A stretch of 64,000 nt of DNA from Candidatus Poseidoniales archaeon (GCA_003602515.1 QQSB01000006.1:16234-80233), one strand, 5' to 3'; numbered from the stretch's first letter, positions 11,812 to 22,612 are shown. Notes: generated by a model from the sequence alone, not told the origin. Numbers and translations: made by a program.

Positions 11812-12414
11812 ATGACTGATGAGAATTGGGACAATTTCGACGAAGAAGCCATCGAGGAAATGGCCAGGATGTTCGAACAAATGGGGATGCCAGTCGACAT
11901 AAATACTCTGAAATCGATGATCAAGCAAGTCAGAAGCCAATTCGAGGAAATGGGAATAGATCCCGAGAAGGTCTCGATGAGTGAAGTCAAACTCGGACTC
12001 AACTCGGACCCGGAGGAATTCATGAAGAACTTCGAGTCTATGATTAGCGGGCCCCAGGGCCTGGGTGATTTCCTGAAGAAGATGGGTGTCGATATACACA
12101 TCAAACCCTCTGTCTCAGAGGTCAGAGTCGATGTAGACGAGAGTCAGCATGAATCGAATGATGACTCAATCCCAGAGGAGGATGTGTACGTAGACAATGA
12201 CCAGATGTTCGTGACCATCGACGTATCAAAGTTCGATGATATTTCTTCCGACAATCTTGAATTGAGTCTTACCGGAGAAGGAGTCGTTCTTCAGATGCTA
12301 AGGACCAATCAGATCAGACCATTCAGAACATTCGTACTCCCAAACGCATCATCGGGGGTCGCCAATTGGGAGATTAACAACGGCATCCTCGACATCACAT
12401 TCGAACTGAAGTAG
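11812..12414 (+). CDS. Small heat-shock (Hsp20/alpha-crystallin-like) protein with acidic N-terminus
   Basis: C-terminal '...FVLP...[12 protein letters not shown]' resembles the alpha-crystallin end; directly upstream of dnaK. Confidence 0.6.
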   Translation: MTDENWDNFDEEAIEEMARMFEQMGMPVDINTLKSMIKQVRSQFEEMGIDPEKVSMSEVKLGLNSDPEEFMKNFESMISGPQGLGDFLKKMGVDIHIKPSVSEVRVDVDESQHESNDDSIPEEDVYVDNDQMFVTIDVSKFDDISSDNLELSLTGEGVVLQMLRTNQIRPFRTFVLPNASSGVANWEINNGILDITFELK

Positions 12415-12439
12415 TTTGGAAAAAACAGGAGAAATGAAA

Positions 12440-14317
12440 ATGGGATCTGCAGTAATAGGAATTGACTTAGGAACGACAAACAGTTGCGTAGCGACAATAG
12501 AAGGGGGCAAGGCGGTAGTAATACCAAATTCCGAGGGTTCTCGGACCACTCCCAGCGTGGTTGCCTTCACAAAGGATGGAGAGCGTCTGGTAGGAGTCAC
12601 AGCGAAGAGGCAGGCAGTAACCAACTCGGAGCGCACGATCATCTCAGTAAAGAGAGAAATGGGCACCGACTGGAATAAGGACATCGATGGGGACGACTAT
12701 TCCCCTCAGGAGGTCTCTGCATTTGTCCTTCAGAAGCTTAAGGCCGACGCTGAAGAGTACCTGGGCACAGAGGTCAAGCAAGCAGTAGTGACTTGTCCAG
12801 CATACTTCTCTGACTCCCAGAGACAGGCAACCAAGGACGCAGGAAGGATTGCAGGACTGGAGGTTCTACGAATAATCAACGAACCAACCGCCGCAGCACT
12901 GGCCTATGGTGTAGACAAGGAGGAGGATCAGACCGTACTCGTTTACGATCTGGGAGGAGGGACATTCGATGTCTCCATCTTGGAGATTTACCAGGTCGAT
13001 GGCCAACCACAGATTGAGGTCAAGGCAACCAGCGGAGACAACAGACTCGGAGGTGACGATTTCGATGAGGCTGTAATGGAATGGATTGTTTCCGAGTTCA
13101 AGAAGTCTACTGGAATAGATCTGGAGAAGGATCTCCAGGCTATGAGCAGGATTCGTGAAGCAGCAGAGAAGGCGAAGATTGAGCTTTCTGGGACTCCATC
13201 TACTCAGATAAACCTCCCATTCATCACCATGAGGGATGGTCAGCCGGAGCATCTGGACATGCCCCTCACACGCTCTAAATTTGAGAAACTAACATCCTCA
13301 TTGGTAGAGAGGACGATGTCCCCTACTCGCCAGGCTATGAAGGATGCCAGCATAAAGAAGGGCGATGTGGACAAGGTATTGTTAGTCGGTGGTTCGACCA
13401 GGATTCCAGCGGTTCAGCAGGAGATCGAGAAGGAGGTCGGCAAGGCACCCTTCAAGGGTATAAATCCCGATGAGGCAGTTGCAATGGGGGCTGCTCTGCA
13501 GGCTGGAATAATCGTTGGTGACGAGGGCGTTACCGACGTCCTACTTCTGGACGTCACACCGCTTACGTTGGGAATTGAGACGCTTGGCGGCGTAACTACT
13601 ACCATGATCGAGAGGAACACAACGATCCCTTCAAGGAGGTCCGAGACTTTCTCAACCGCAGCAGACAACCAGCCTGCAGTCGAGGTTCATGTTCTCCAGG
13701 GAGAGAGGGAATTTGCGAAGGACAACATTACCCTGGGAAGGTTCCATCTAATGGGTATACCAGCTGCCCCAAGGGGAATCCCTCAGATCGAGGTTACATT
13801 CGATATCGACGCAAATGGCATAGTAAATGTCTCTGCTAAGGACCTTGGAACAGGGACAGAGCAATCCGTCAGGATAGAGAGTCAGACCTCACTCTCAGAG
13901 GACGAGATAAAGCAGAAGATAGAGGATGCCGAGAAATTCGCCGATGAGGACAAGAGGAGAAAGGCCAAGGTCGAGATGAGGAACTCAGCAGATAGTGTAG
14001 TCTACCAGACCAGGAAGATGATCGAGGAGAACGAGGAAAAGCTATCCGAGGATGACACCAAGCCAGTCCTTGAGAAGCTGGACGAACTCGAGTCCCTGAT
14101 CGTCAAGGAAGAGACCCCTATACCACTGGAAGACATCGATGAGGCTTCCATACAGGCAAAAATGGCGGAACTGGAGCAATCAATGCACGCGATCTCGACA
14201 AAGCTCTACGAAGCAGCAGCAGCTGAGATGGCAGAGGAAAAGGAAGAGAGCGATGATGATGGGGTAGTGGACGCAGACTTCGAGGTCGTTGACTCCGATG
14301 ACGAGGACCAAGACTGA
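12440..14317 (+). CDS. dnaK: Molecular chaperone DnaK (Hsp70)
   Basis: '[10 protein letters not shown]', 'TTPSVVAF', '[12 protein letters not shown]', '[10 protein letters not shown]', 'LVGGSTRIP'; AGGAG upstream of ATG 12440. Confidence 0.98.
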   Translation: MGSAVIGIDLGTTNSCVATIEGGKAVVIPNSEGSRTTPSVVAFTKDGERLVGVTAKRQAVTNSERTIISVKREMGTDWNKDIDGDDYSPQEVSAFVLQKLKADAEEYLGTEVKQAVVTCPAYFSDSQRQATKDAGRIAGLEVLRIINEPTAAALAYGVDKEEDQTVLVYDLGGGTFDVSILEIYQVDGQPQIEVKATSGDNRLGGDDFDEAVMEWIVSEFKKSTGIDLEKDLQAMSRIREAAEKAKIELSGTPSTQINLPFITMRDGQPEHLDMPLTRSKFEKLTSSLVERTMSPTRQAMKDASIKKGDVDKVLLVGGSTRIPAVQQEIEKEVGKAPFKGINPDEAVAMGAALQAGIIVGDEGVTDVLLLDVTPLTLGIETLGGVTTTMIERNTTIPSRRSETFSTAADNQPAVEVHVLQGEREFAKDNITLGRFHLMGIPAAPRGIPQIEVTFDIDANGIVNVSAKDLGTGTEQSVRIESQTSLSEDEIKQKIEDAEKFADEDKRRKAKVEMRNSADSVVYQTRKMIEENEEKLSEDDTKPVLEKLDELESLIVKEETPIPLEDIDEASIQAKMAELEQSMHAISTKLYEAAAAEMAEEKEESDDDGVVDADFEVVDSDDEDQD

Positions 14318-15841
14318 CTAACCCTCAGTGATAAGTCTGTGAAGAGTCCTAACGTGGACCCCTGAGGTCCCGTACTGGAAGAGGGGATTGACTCCCTCAG
14401 AGCGAGCCTTTGAACCCGGGCCCCATGCACTCCCTGCTATGTCCAAGTGAACCCAGGGGATCTTCTCTGAATCTTTGTCGAACCCTCTGTGAGGTACGAA
14501 GAACTCCAAGAATGATGCAGCTGCGTTCGAGGAACCGGCACGTCCACCTATCGATCCGTTGCGGATGTCTGCGAAGGCGGAGTCTGTCATGTACTTCCTA
14601 AACTGAGCGTTGAGAGGCATCCTCCACACTGTCTCTCCAGAGCGTTTTGCTGCCTTTTTGAGCCTCCTGCCGATGTCATCATCATTGGCCCACATCCCGG
14701 TAATCTGGTTGCCCAGAGCGACTACGATGGCTCCTGTCAGAGTGGCCAGGTCTACGATATACTCTGGATCTAACTCGCCCGCCTTCCACAATCCATCAGC
14801 GAGGACATTGCGCCCCTCAGCATCTGTGCTGAACACCTCTATGGTTTTGCCAGAGTATGTCTTGAACACGTCCCCGGGACGGTATGCCCCAGAGCCGGGC
14901 ATGTTCTCAGCCAAACAGGCGATTCCATTCACCCTGCGATCATAGCCGGTGGCGTGCAGTGCTTCCATCAATCCGAATACTGTCGCAGCACCGCACATAT
15001 CGTATTTCATATCCCACATCCCTCCGGTCGGCTTGATTGAGATTCCACCTGTATCGAATGTGATGCCCTTGCCAACAATGCAAGGCCTCTGGATGCCCTC
15101 ATCGGCGTCTGGATTGAGTGTGAACATAACCATGCAAGGCTTCCTGTCACTGCCCTTTCCAACATTTATCAGACCGCCCATATCCAGTTCCTGCAGCTTA
15201 TCCCAATCATAGACTTCTACTGCGACATTATCCTTGCCCGCAGCCCACTCTTCGGCTCTACGAGCGTACTCCATTGGGTACAGAACATTGGCCGGCTCAT
15301 TTCCTAGGTCACGTGCAAGATGCACACCACCTGCAATTGAATGAGCCCTACTGAGCCCTTCTCCAAGGGCCTCCTGATGTCTCGGACTCGCTTGGAATTG
15401 TACAGACCATTGGTCTGAGATATGCTCTTTATCGATTTCTTGATGCTCGAGGAATTCGTAATCTCTCAGCATCATGCCCTCTGCGAAGTCAAGCATGCGC
15501 TCCCCCGTCCACCCTGACGTGAATCTCACGCATACCGAGAGTCCTTTCTTCTTAGATAGCGAAGCCATGACCCGCGCTCCAGTGTTGCGCGCTATACGGT
15601 GGCCCAGTGAATCCTTCTCACCCATGCCGATGAGCATGACTCTGCAATCGGGAGTCCAAATGACCATCCTCTGGCCCTTCTTTCCATCGAACTCATCGGA
15701 TGAAATCGCTTCCTTGACCAGATTCCGCTGGCTCCTACCGAGTCCTGAAAGTGCGTTGTTAGGGGCTCTTCTGACTCCCTCGAAGAGGGGTATCAGCAGT
15801 TGTTCGTAGGCTTCATCGAATTCGCTATTGGACCAATTCAT
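14318..15841 (-). CDS. pepA: M17 leucyl aminopeptidase
   Basis: 'VGKGITFDTGGISIKP', 'MKYDMCG', 'STDAEGR', 'DLATLTGA', 'WVHLDIAG'. Confidence 0.92.
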   Translation of the reverse strand: MNWSNSEFDEAYEQLLIPLFEGVRRAPNNALSGLGRSQRNLVKEAISSDEFDGKKGQRMVIWTPDCRVMLIGMGEKDSLGHRIARNTGARVMASLSKKKGLSVCVRFTSGWTGERMLDFAEGMMLRDYEFLEHQEIDKEHISDQWSVQFQASPRHQEALGEGLSRAHSIAGGVHLARDLGNEPANVLYPMEYARRAEEWAAGKDNVAVEVYDWDKLQELDMGGLINVGKGSDRKPCMVMFTLNPDADEGIQRPCIVGKGITFDTGGISIKPTGGMWDMKYDMCGAATVFGLMEALHATGYDRRVNGIACLAENMPGSGAYRPGDVFKTYSGKTIEVFSTDAEGRNVLADGLWKAGELDPEYIVDLATLTGAIVVALGNQITGMWANDDDIGRRLKKAAKRSGETVWRMPLNAQFRKYMTDSAFADIRNGSIGGRAGSSNAAASFLEFFVPHRGFDKDSEKIPWVHLDIAGSAWGPGSKARSEGVNPLFQYGTSGVHVRTLHRLITEG

Positions 15842-15935
15842 CTTATCGTCGAACCTGCGATTTGGTAGTAATATACAAAGAATTGCCATGAAGAATCATA
15901 CTTTGGAGTCAGAATTAGTAGTATTATAAGATAAA

Positions 15936-17381
15936 TTACAGTTCATATCTACTATTTCTTTCATTTATCGTCGCTAGAGCGAAGGCGATGAGGACCAGTA
16001 TCATCGAAGGAGCCGGCAGAAGGCCCGGGTTGTCAGCCCCCACCTCCAAGATACTCTCATTGATAATTTCGAAAACCCACATGGAGGAATCTACCACTCT
16101 CTTCTGGTAGTACAGAGCCCAAACCCCTTCGCCGCTGGAAATTGGAGCGCTCCTGAAATCGAGGGTAGTTACGGTGCTATTTGTGGCATTGACTGCGAAG
16201 CCGTACCCAGTGGTTGAGAAGTTGAAGTCTGAACCCAACTGAACCTGTGTAATCCCTCCTTTTTGCTCCCCTATAAGTTCGGCTGCCCCATCTGATCCAG
16301 GAAACCAAAACTCTGAGAAATCTTCCTCATCTTCGAAGTATAACAGCGTCGCATTTGACGTACTCGCGTGCCCTAAGTTCGAGACACTAAGATGCACTTT
16401 CCCTCCTTCCATCTCTAGGGAATCGACAACAAGACGAGCTCTCCAGTACCACACATTCTGAATTAGATACCTCATCACATCGAGCTCCTCCTCCAATCTA
16501 TCCGAGAGGGCCTCTACTGTTCCTAGCAGGAATTGTTCGTCATCGGTCTCGAAGGTGAAAGTTGGATAGCCCATTACCCCGTATCCATAATCGCGACTGG
16601 TCCCACAGTTCGGGTAGAGGCCTTGGTTTGCATTACGGATCGGTATCTCGGAGATGTTGGTATTTACCTCATCGCGAATGGAGTGATACATCTCCCAGTC
16701 TGATGGCTGTTCGGGCCATTTCCCCCACGGGTAGAGCATGATCCAGACTCCTGTGTGCATTGTGATATACAGGTCCGCATGAGGCACTACTTCGTTCATG
16801 TAAACAGAATTCGCAAGAGTTTCTGACTCACTGAACGCTGCGCTCCCGGGCTGTGTCGTTGGACAGGTGTTCCAGTAGTGGTCGTAGTTTCTATTCAGAT
16901 CTACTTGGTTAATGTTCCACCTTGTATCAAAGTCATTGCCATCGGCATTTAGCATGATGAGGATATGCAATTCAGTTGTTGCCAAGATGTCTAGTATCGC
17001 TTTCTCGCCATCTGCCCAACCGTCGATGTAATACTCGGCAACAAGGAAAGCTAGTTCGGTGCCCAAATGCTCGTTACCATGATGCCCCCCATCGATGTAA
17101 ATCACCTCTTTGGCAGTTCCATCCGGTTTGGTTTCCTGGCTCCAATCAGAAATCTGTAACATCCATAGATTCCTACCCATTTCTGTTTGGCCTACTACTA
17201 ACAGGTTGACAATTTCAGGGTATTCGTCTTCCCATGCATTCACATCCAGCGTCAGTGTGGCATAACTGTGGTACCAGTGTTCCTGGATGATGTCCGGCTG
17301 ACTAATCTGGCCCGAGGCCATAGGAGATGCCGATGCAACCATCAGCGGGACGAGCATTATTACTGCCAGTAAGCGGCGCAT
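15936..17381 (-). CDS. Secreted, C-terminally membrane-anchored M14 zinc carboxypeptidase
   Basis: Signal peptide; HxxE 'GGHHGNE', 'DLNRNY', 'MHTG', 'FTFET'; C-terminal hydrophobic helix. Confidence 0.88.
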   Translation of the reverse strand: MRRLLAVIMLVPLMVASASPMASGQISQPDIIQEHWYHSYATLTLDVNAWEDEYPEIVNLLVVGQTEMGRNLWMLQISDWSQETKPDGTAKEVIYIDGGHHGNEHLGTELAFLVAEYYIDGWADGEKAILDILATTELHILIMLNADGNDFDTRWNINQVDLNRNYDHYWNTCPTTQPGSAAFSESETLANSVYMNEVVPHADLYITMHTGVWIMLYPWGKWPEQPSDWEMYHSIRDEVNTNISEIPIRNANQGLYPNCGTSRDYGYGVMGYPTFTFETDDEQFLLGTVEALSDRLEEELDVMRYLIQNVWYWRARLVVDSLEMEGGKVHLSVSNLGHASTSNATLLYFEDEEDFSEFWFPGSDGAAELIGEQKGGITQVQLGSDFNFSTTGYGFAVNATNSTVTTLDFRSAPISSGEGVWALYYQKRVVDSSMWVFEIINESILEVGADNPGLLPAPSMILVLIAFALATINERNSRYEL

Positions 17382-17413
17382 AGCGCCGCTGTGCGGGGAA
17401 TAAGATACAACCC

Positions 17414-18346
17414 TTATCCTTTTTTGCTCGAAAAATCAGCTATATGGCAGGCTACCATCTTGGTTGCAATAAGCGCGGCACTGAACTGTGTTAGCGAACT
17501 ATCTGTGCCCGGAACGATTTCGTTGACGTCTGCTCCAATCACCTCGCAACTCTCGGAAGAGAAAAGACTCTCTATCACCTCAACTGCACCCCAGTGGCTC
17601 AAACCTCCTGGAACAGGGGTTCCCGTAGATGGAACCAAGGAACCGTCGAGGCCATCTACGTCGAATGTGAGCCACACCGGTCCTGAGATTTCTGAAAGAC
17701 TTCCAACCATCCTATTCCACTCGAGATTGCCGTCTGAGACGGACAGCAGGTCCCTTGCAAGCCATGTCTGAATCCTATCCTCAGACTTCATCAACTCTTC
17801 TTCCTCCATACTGAAAGCTCTGACTCCGACTTGGATCACCCTCCCAACTCCAAGATCGAGAGCCCTGCGAATGACGGTCCCATGTGATAATCTCTCACCA
17901 TTCAACTGGTCTCTCAGGTCTGCATGAGCATCTATCTGGACTATTGTTAGGTCAGAGAGTGTAGAAATCATACGGTGGTCCGATAGTGATTCCAAGATGG
18001 GGAGAAGAATCCCATGTTCTCCACCAAGAACCAATGGGAATTGGCCGCCGGCTATCCATGGTCTGACGTACTCTCTGATCGAGTCCAACTGATCCCTTAG
18101 GCTCGGCGCATCCGATACCCAAGGTTCAGCGGTGTGGATTGCTGCTCCACACGGTAGCTCCTCCGGGAGAACCGAGTCACGTAGCTCGACTTGCAAACTA
18201 GCCTCTACACACGCCATAGGTCCATGCTGGGTACCTTCTCCGTAACTTGATGTCATTTCTAGGGGAATTTGCAAAATGACGATGTCCCACGGTCCGGAAT
18301 CAGATTCCTTGAGCCCAAGGAAATTGGTGGAACCGGACACATCCAT
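17414..18346 (-). CDS. speB: Agmatinase (ureohydrolase family)
   Basis: 'GGEH', 'IDAHADLR', 'SHGT', 'FDVDGLD', 'TGTPVPGG'. Confidence 0.88.
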   Translation of the reverse strand: MDVSGSTNFLGLKESDSGPWDIVILQIPLEMTSSYGEGTQHGPMACVEASLQVELRDSVLPEELPCGAAIHTAEPWVSDAPSLRDQLDSIREYVRPWIAGGQFPLVLGGEHGILLPILESLSDHRMISTLSDLTIVQIDAHADLRDQLNGERLSHGTVIRRALDLGVGRVIQVGVRAFSMEEEELMKSEDRIQTWLARDLLSVSDGNLEWNRMVGSLSEISGPVWLTFDVDGLDGSLVPSTGTPVPGGLSHWGAVEVIESLFSSESCEVIGADVNEIVPGTDSSLTQFSAALIATKMVACHIADFSSKKG

Positions 18347-18460
18347 GGGGCTTCGAGAAGCACGTCAAGATTAATCGCTTCGGGACTCTCAGCTGTGTTA
18401 TCAGAGCAATTAGCAAGATGTTTGAAATAACCTCGGCACCTATCGTGACCCGGTGGGAAG

Positions 18461-18874
18461 ATGGGACTGACCTTGGCGCAACTAACTCAGGCAATCAAGA
18501 GCAAGGTCGATACCAGCATGGAGACCCATGTCGCAGAGTCCATCGCTGAGCATGCTTTGGGGTTCTTCGGCTTCTCAAACAGAATAATCGACAATGCACT
18601 GGAACCAACTGATAGGAACATGTTCTACCAATTGCAGGACTATGACCTGCTTACAACCGAATCCGAGGAGACCACCCTATGGGATGGGCGCGAGTGGAGG
18701 ATTCACTATTGGAAGTTCAAACCGAATGCTGAGAACTTCGCAAATCTGGTAATGCAGAACGAGAAGGATAAGGGGGATGAAGATCCCTATGCCCACATCT
18801 ACGATGGAATGCCAGCTGGCCTATGGAGGGAGAGGTCAGGGGTCGATGACGATTACGAGGAACCCCTGTTCTAG
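18461..18874 (+). CDS. Conserved Thermoplasmata hypothetical protein (DUF6015-like, probable winged helix)
   Basis: 'FFGFSNRIIDNALEPTDRNMFYQLQDYDLLTT...GREWRIHYW' recalled as a Thermoplasmata-conserved family; not verified by search. Confidence 0.6.
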   Translation: MGLTLAQLTQAIKSKVDTSMETHVAESIAEHALGFFGFSNRIIDNALEPTDRNMFYQLQDYDLLTTESEETTLWDGREWRIHYWKFKPNAENFANLVMQNEKDKGDEDPYAHIYDGMPAGLWRERSGVDDDYEEPLF

Positions 18875-18931
18875 TTTTTCCAGTCAGCATGTCGGGAATT
18901 GTTTGAAATGCCTCCGTGGGTGGAGTCGTAC

Positions 18932-21900
18932 ATGAATAGGGGATTGGCCGCCTTAGTCGTCCTGTCTATGCTAGCCTCGTACATCCCCTCATCTATTGCC
19001 TCGACTCAAGATAGTCAGACAAATAGTTGTGAGATTATTGCTGATTGGGGTCAGCAATGGCATTGGACCGAAGAAGGCGACTCGGAGATTTCACTGATTC
19101 ACAGGTATAGGGTTGTTTTCGAACCATCATTTACCAACGGTTCTTCACCTACAGAAGTCAATGCCACTATCAATCACTTCAGAGGTGATTTGGAAATTCC
19201 AGTAGCAAACAGCTCGGTATTTGTTGCTGGTGGAGAAATAGATATAATCATAGAAGAAGAACCACAATTTGGAGATTCATTTTCTATTCATGTCCAAACC
19301 CTAGAGGCTTCTTGCAGCCGTGTTCTAAATATCACAAATTGGAATCAACCAATATCCGATCATGAGGTTACTAGGGAGACTCATTGGTCGCTGTCTGAAA
19401 TGGGGGGCGAAGAACAAGGAGTTACCTTCGATGGAAGGGGATGGCAAAAGAGATCAGGAAGCATTCTGGAGTCAAACGAACTTGGTAATGGGACTCTTTT
19501 ACTGGACATGTCAAATGGCTCCCAAGGAGCAGTCATTGATCTCGTGCTAGATAGGATTTGGCTCAATGAGTCATATGACGGAACCGAATTGATGAGCCAG
19601 GATTTTGAGATGATGGGATCGGGAGGGCTGTTATTCAACACAGATGAAGGAGGCGAGGGAGCATCAATCAACGCTGATGTAAACGACGCCTACGTCCTCC
19701 GATCGTTCCGTGATGGCAAAGTCACTGAGAGGATGATGTTTGAGGGGGACGGGTGGATTTCCATCAACGGAGGAGACAACGAGAGTTCAGGTGGCGTTTA
19801 CGGTGAGGTCTTCTTGTTATACTTTGAAATATGGGACGAGGATGGATTCCGGAGATTACAGGATATCCAGGTCGAGGCAAATGCTTCAGCAAGAGTGTCC
19901 GCAGTAGGAGAGGCCTTCTCTTTCGAACTGGACGAACTAATCTTCCGAGAGAAATGGGAAGAGGGCATTAGGACTGACCAGTACTCGAGGATATTCGGAA
20001 GCGGGCAGTTCGACTTTATCGCATCCGAGGATTCTCCATATATCGAAGCCAATGGGACGATCCCCCTGATTCACTTCCAATCAGAGGGTGGAGAAACTGT
20101 CGCTGATACTCTCATTGTAGATGGTACGTATGATGGAGATGCAGAGGGATCCTTCGGCCTAGTTCGCCAGATAGTTGAGTCAGGAGTCTACGAGAATGCA
20201 ACGGGTGCTGTCTTCGAGGCCGACAAAATCAGGAATGAGTTTTGGTTCAATGTTTCCGCTACTCCCTTCGGACCAATCGATCAGGAGTTCGGAGCCGAAC
20301 ACAACCTCACGTACGAGTATGTAGTCCCTCAAGATGACTGGATAAATCGAACAATCCGCTATACATTCGTAGAGGACAATGGCTCTACTGATGACGAATA
20401 CCCGGAAAACTCCCCAATAATTCAGAATCCCGAGGCACCGGAGGCCAGTTCGATTTTCTCCACACACATCTCCAGAGAGACAGGAGTATGCCCCCAGATC
20501 CTGGCTATTGGGGACTCATTCTCCTTACTTGGAAATACAGATATGATCCTGGATGTAACCGTTCATGGGACTAGCACCGACTCAATCGATGGTCACACCG
20601 TATCTATTGCTGAATGGGAGGGTTTCTTCGGAGAAATGAGTTCAGCAAATGGCAGCATCATCAACGAAGGGCCGCTATCAGGACTCCTGAACGAAGTTAG
20701 TAGATTACTCATAATAGATCTAGGAGAGGACTCAGAAATATCCCTGATCGAGAACCAGAGAATGGATAGGATACTTTCTCCATCGATAGTTACATTCGAT
20801 GAGAACACCCCTCCGTCATTATCTGACGAATCTGGTTCCTCGTTAAGGTTCCGCGAATCCGCCTTATCGACCGAGGGCGGCGTGGCTCATCTGGAGGTCG
20901 TAGTGAATGACGTTGACACGGACATAAAATCCGTTAGCGTAGACCTATCCTCGCTCGGTCTGGGGATAGTCGACCTTTCTGACTCTGGTCTGCAGGGGGA
21001 TCAGGTGATTCATGATGACATCTGGACGGTCAGAATTACCCATAATGGACTCCAGAGTGGGGACCTCCCTATATCCATCATCATGGAAGACTACTGGGTA
21101 ACGGTCCAGCAGAATACTAGTATCCAGATTTCTAACGCCCCCCCTCGAGTAATACACGTCGATTTCACTCCAGAAAGTACGTTCAGGGGGGAGTCGATCG
21201 TAGTAACAGTAGGTGCATACGATGGCCATGGAATCAAATCAGTGGCGGTGAACTTACAGTCAATTGGGGGCGGCTTAGTACAATTGAGCAACATTGGCCA
21301 AGAGGACTGGGACTGGCAACTTGCCGGCGAGCAACGAACCTCCAGAATCGACACTTGGTCGGGCCTTTTCGAAGTTCCAGCAAGTATGTCTCCAGGCAGG
21401 CAAAACATCCCGATTCTACTAGAAGACATTGCTGGAGCGTCGATCTCGACGATACAAATTGGTGGCGTCCACACAAGTACCATTGGCCAACAAGCCACGA
21501 AGATCCTAGTCGGAAACCAACCACCTTCGATCACAAATCTTACTTTCCTCAAGGATGGTAATGAGGTAGAAAAAATCACTTCCTTGGCATCAGGAGGAGA
21601 GGAGGATTATACAATGGAAGTTGGGATACATGATTACGATGGGATATCTTCGGTCCAAGCTAAGATCGGCCGCTTGGCCCCAATCGGGCAGTCAGAAGAA
21701 TGGCTCTTGTTGGTAGATGATGGGACTGGCCCTGACAGGATTTCTAAAGATGGGATTTTCTCCCTCTCTTTCTCCGCTAGATCATCATTGAGCGAGGGCG
21801 AGTTGTCCCTATTGATTAGAGCAACGGATGTATTTTTGTCCACGACACCTGCTTCCGAACAATTGCACAATGTCTCCATAATAAAGTCTGATTCCGGTTC

Positions 21901-22021
21901 ACAGGGAACGCCCTGGCTGTCGGATTACTCTACGGAGTTAGTCTTAGCATCCATGTTCTTGCTATTGTCAGTAGGTGTTGTTGCTTTCGTGCAAATTGTA
22001 AGGAATTCCGAACTTGAGTAG
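18932..22021 (+). CDS. Large acidic secreted/cell-surface protein with C-terminal membrane anchor
   Basis: N-terminal signal-like segment, beta-rich acidic body, two 'D-x-G-x-x-x-D-x-x-x-x-D-x-I' motifs, C-terminal transmembrane helix; GGAG before ATG 18932. Confidence 0.75.
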   Translation: MNRGLAALVVLSMLASYIPSSIASTQDSQTNSCEIIADWGQQWHWTEEGDSEISLIHRYRVVFEPSFTNGSSPTEVNATINHFRGDLEIPVANSSVFVAGGEIDIIIEEEPQFGDSFSIHVQTLEASCSRVLNITNWNQPISDHEVTRETHWSLSEMGGEEQGVTFDGRGWQKRSGSILESNELGNGTLLLDMSNGSQGAVIDLVLDRIWLNESYDGTELMSQDFEMMGSGGLLFNTDEGGEGASINADVNDAYVLRSFRDGKVTERMMFEGDGWISINGGDNESSGGVYGEVFLLYFEIWDEDGFRRLQDIQVEANASARVSAVGEAFSFELDELIFREKWEEGIRTDQYSRIFGSGQFDFIASEDSPYIEANGTIPLIHFQSEGGETVADTLIVDGTYDGDAEGSFGLVRQIVESGVYENATGAVFEADKIRNEFWFNVSATPFGPIDQEFGAEHNLTYEYVVPQDDWINRTIRYTFVEDNGSTDDEYPENSPIIQNPEAPEASSIFSTHISRETGVCPQILAIGDSFSLLGNTDMILDVTVHGTSTDSIDGHTVSIAEWEGFFGEMSSANGSIINEGPLSGLLNEVSRLLIIDLGEDSEISLIENQRMDRILSPSIVTFDENTPPSLSDESGSSLRFRESALSTEGGVAHLEVVVNDVDTDIKSVSVDLSSLGLGIVDLSDSGLQGDQVIHDDIWTVRITHNGLQSGDLPISIIMEDYWVTVQQNTSIQISNAPPRVIHVDFTPESTFRGESIVVTVGAYDGHGIKSVAVNLQSIGGGLVQLSNIGQEDWDWQLAGEQRTSRIDTWSGLFEVPASMSPGRQNIPILLEDIAGASISTIQIGGVHTSTIGQQATKILVGNQPPSITNLTFLKDGNEVEKITSLASGGEEDYTMEVGIHDYDGISSVQAKIGRLAPIGQSEEWLLLVDDGTGPDRISKDGIFSLSFSARSSLSEGELSLLIRATDVFLSTTPASEQLHNVSIIKSDSGSQGTPWLSDYSTELVLASMFLLLSVGVVAFVQIVRNSELE

Positions 22022-22024
22022 TAT

Positions 22025-22099
22025 TGGTGCGAGTGCCGGGATTTGAACCCGGGTTCCCACGTTGGCAACGTGGGGTGATAACCGCTACACTACACTCGC
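22025..22099 (-). tRNA. tRNA-Gly (anticodon GCC), CCA encoded
   Basis: Reverse complement folds: GCGAGTG/CACTCGC acceptor stem, CCACG-TTGCCAA-CGTGG anticodon arm, CCGGG-TTCAAAT-CCCGG T arm, 3' ACCA. Confidence 0.97.
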
Positions 22100-22127
22100 G
22101 CACTCTCTGCAAACCAGACTGGCTTTT

Positions 22128-22511
22128 CTAAGCGTCGGTATGCCCCTCGACAAGATTTGAGACTAGTAATCGTATGGTATCTCGTGTTTTTCTGTAGACT
22201 CCCTTCTCCCCTCCATGGGGGTCTTCCAAACCCCAGTCCACATCTATTGGAATAGTTGGGCAACTAACTCCACACCCCATGCTGATTATCGCATCGTATT
22301 CCCCCGGATACACTGCGTTGATATTTTTCGGCCTAAGTCCAGAGGTATCTATTCCGAGCTCCTCGAGAACCTCTATTGCATATTTGGCGACCCGACCAGA
22401 TTCTGGAGGATGAGTTCCAGCCGAAGCAGCCTCATGTCCGAGATCCCTAGCAATCCCCTCAGCCATTTGGCTCCGACAGGTGTTCCCTACGCAAACGAAT
22501 AAAAGACGCAC
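22128..22511 (-). CDS. LMW phosphatase-family arsenate reductase (ArsC-like)
   Basis: P-loop 'FVCVGNTCRSQMAEG', additional Cys residues, 'WGLEDP'. Confidence 0.82.
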   Translation of the reverse strand: MRLLFVCVGNTCRSQMAEGIARDLGHEAASAGTHPPESGRVAKYAIEVLEELGIDTSGLRPKNINAVYPGEYDAIISMGCGVSCPTIPIDVDWGLEDPHGGEKGVYRKTRDTIRLLVSNLVEGHTDA

Positions 22512-22548
22512 AAATACTCTATACGAGAGGCACTAATTAACCAATTGA

Positions 22549-22565
22549 CCTATAGACAATATAGG
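22549..22565. promoter_or_regulatory. Inverted repeat CCTATA-N5-TATAGG in the divergent arsC-like/mrp promoter region (putative operator)
   Basis: Perfect 6-bp inverted repeat in an AT-rich spacer between divergent genes. Confidence 0.3.
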
Positions 22566-22612
22566 AAATCGCTCAGAATAGGTTTCAATAATATCCCTTC
22601 AAACGGAGTGAT

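Noticed and set aside
12440-14317. DnaK lacking the N-terminal ~24-aa insert
   Set aside because: This is the known archaeal/Gram-positive Hsp70 signature
14318-15841. M17 peptidase NTDAEGR changed to STDAEGR as loss of function
   Set aside because: The metal-binding Lys/Asp/Glu residues and catalytic Arg are all present, so it is most likely active
18875-22099. Integrated element at the 3' end of tRNA-Gly
   Set aside because: No integrase and no convincing direct repeat of the tRNA 3' end found to the left; flanking genes look chromosomal
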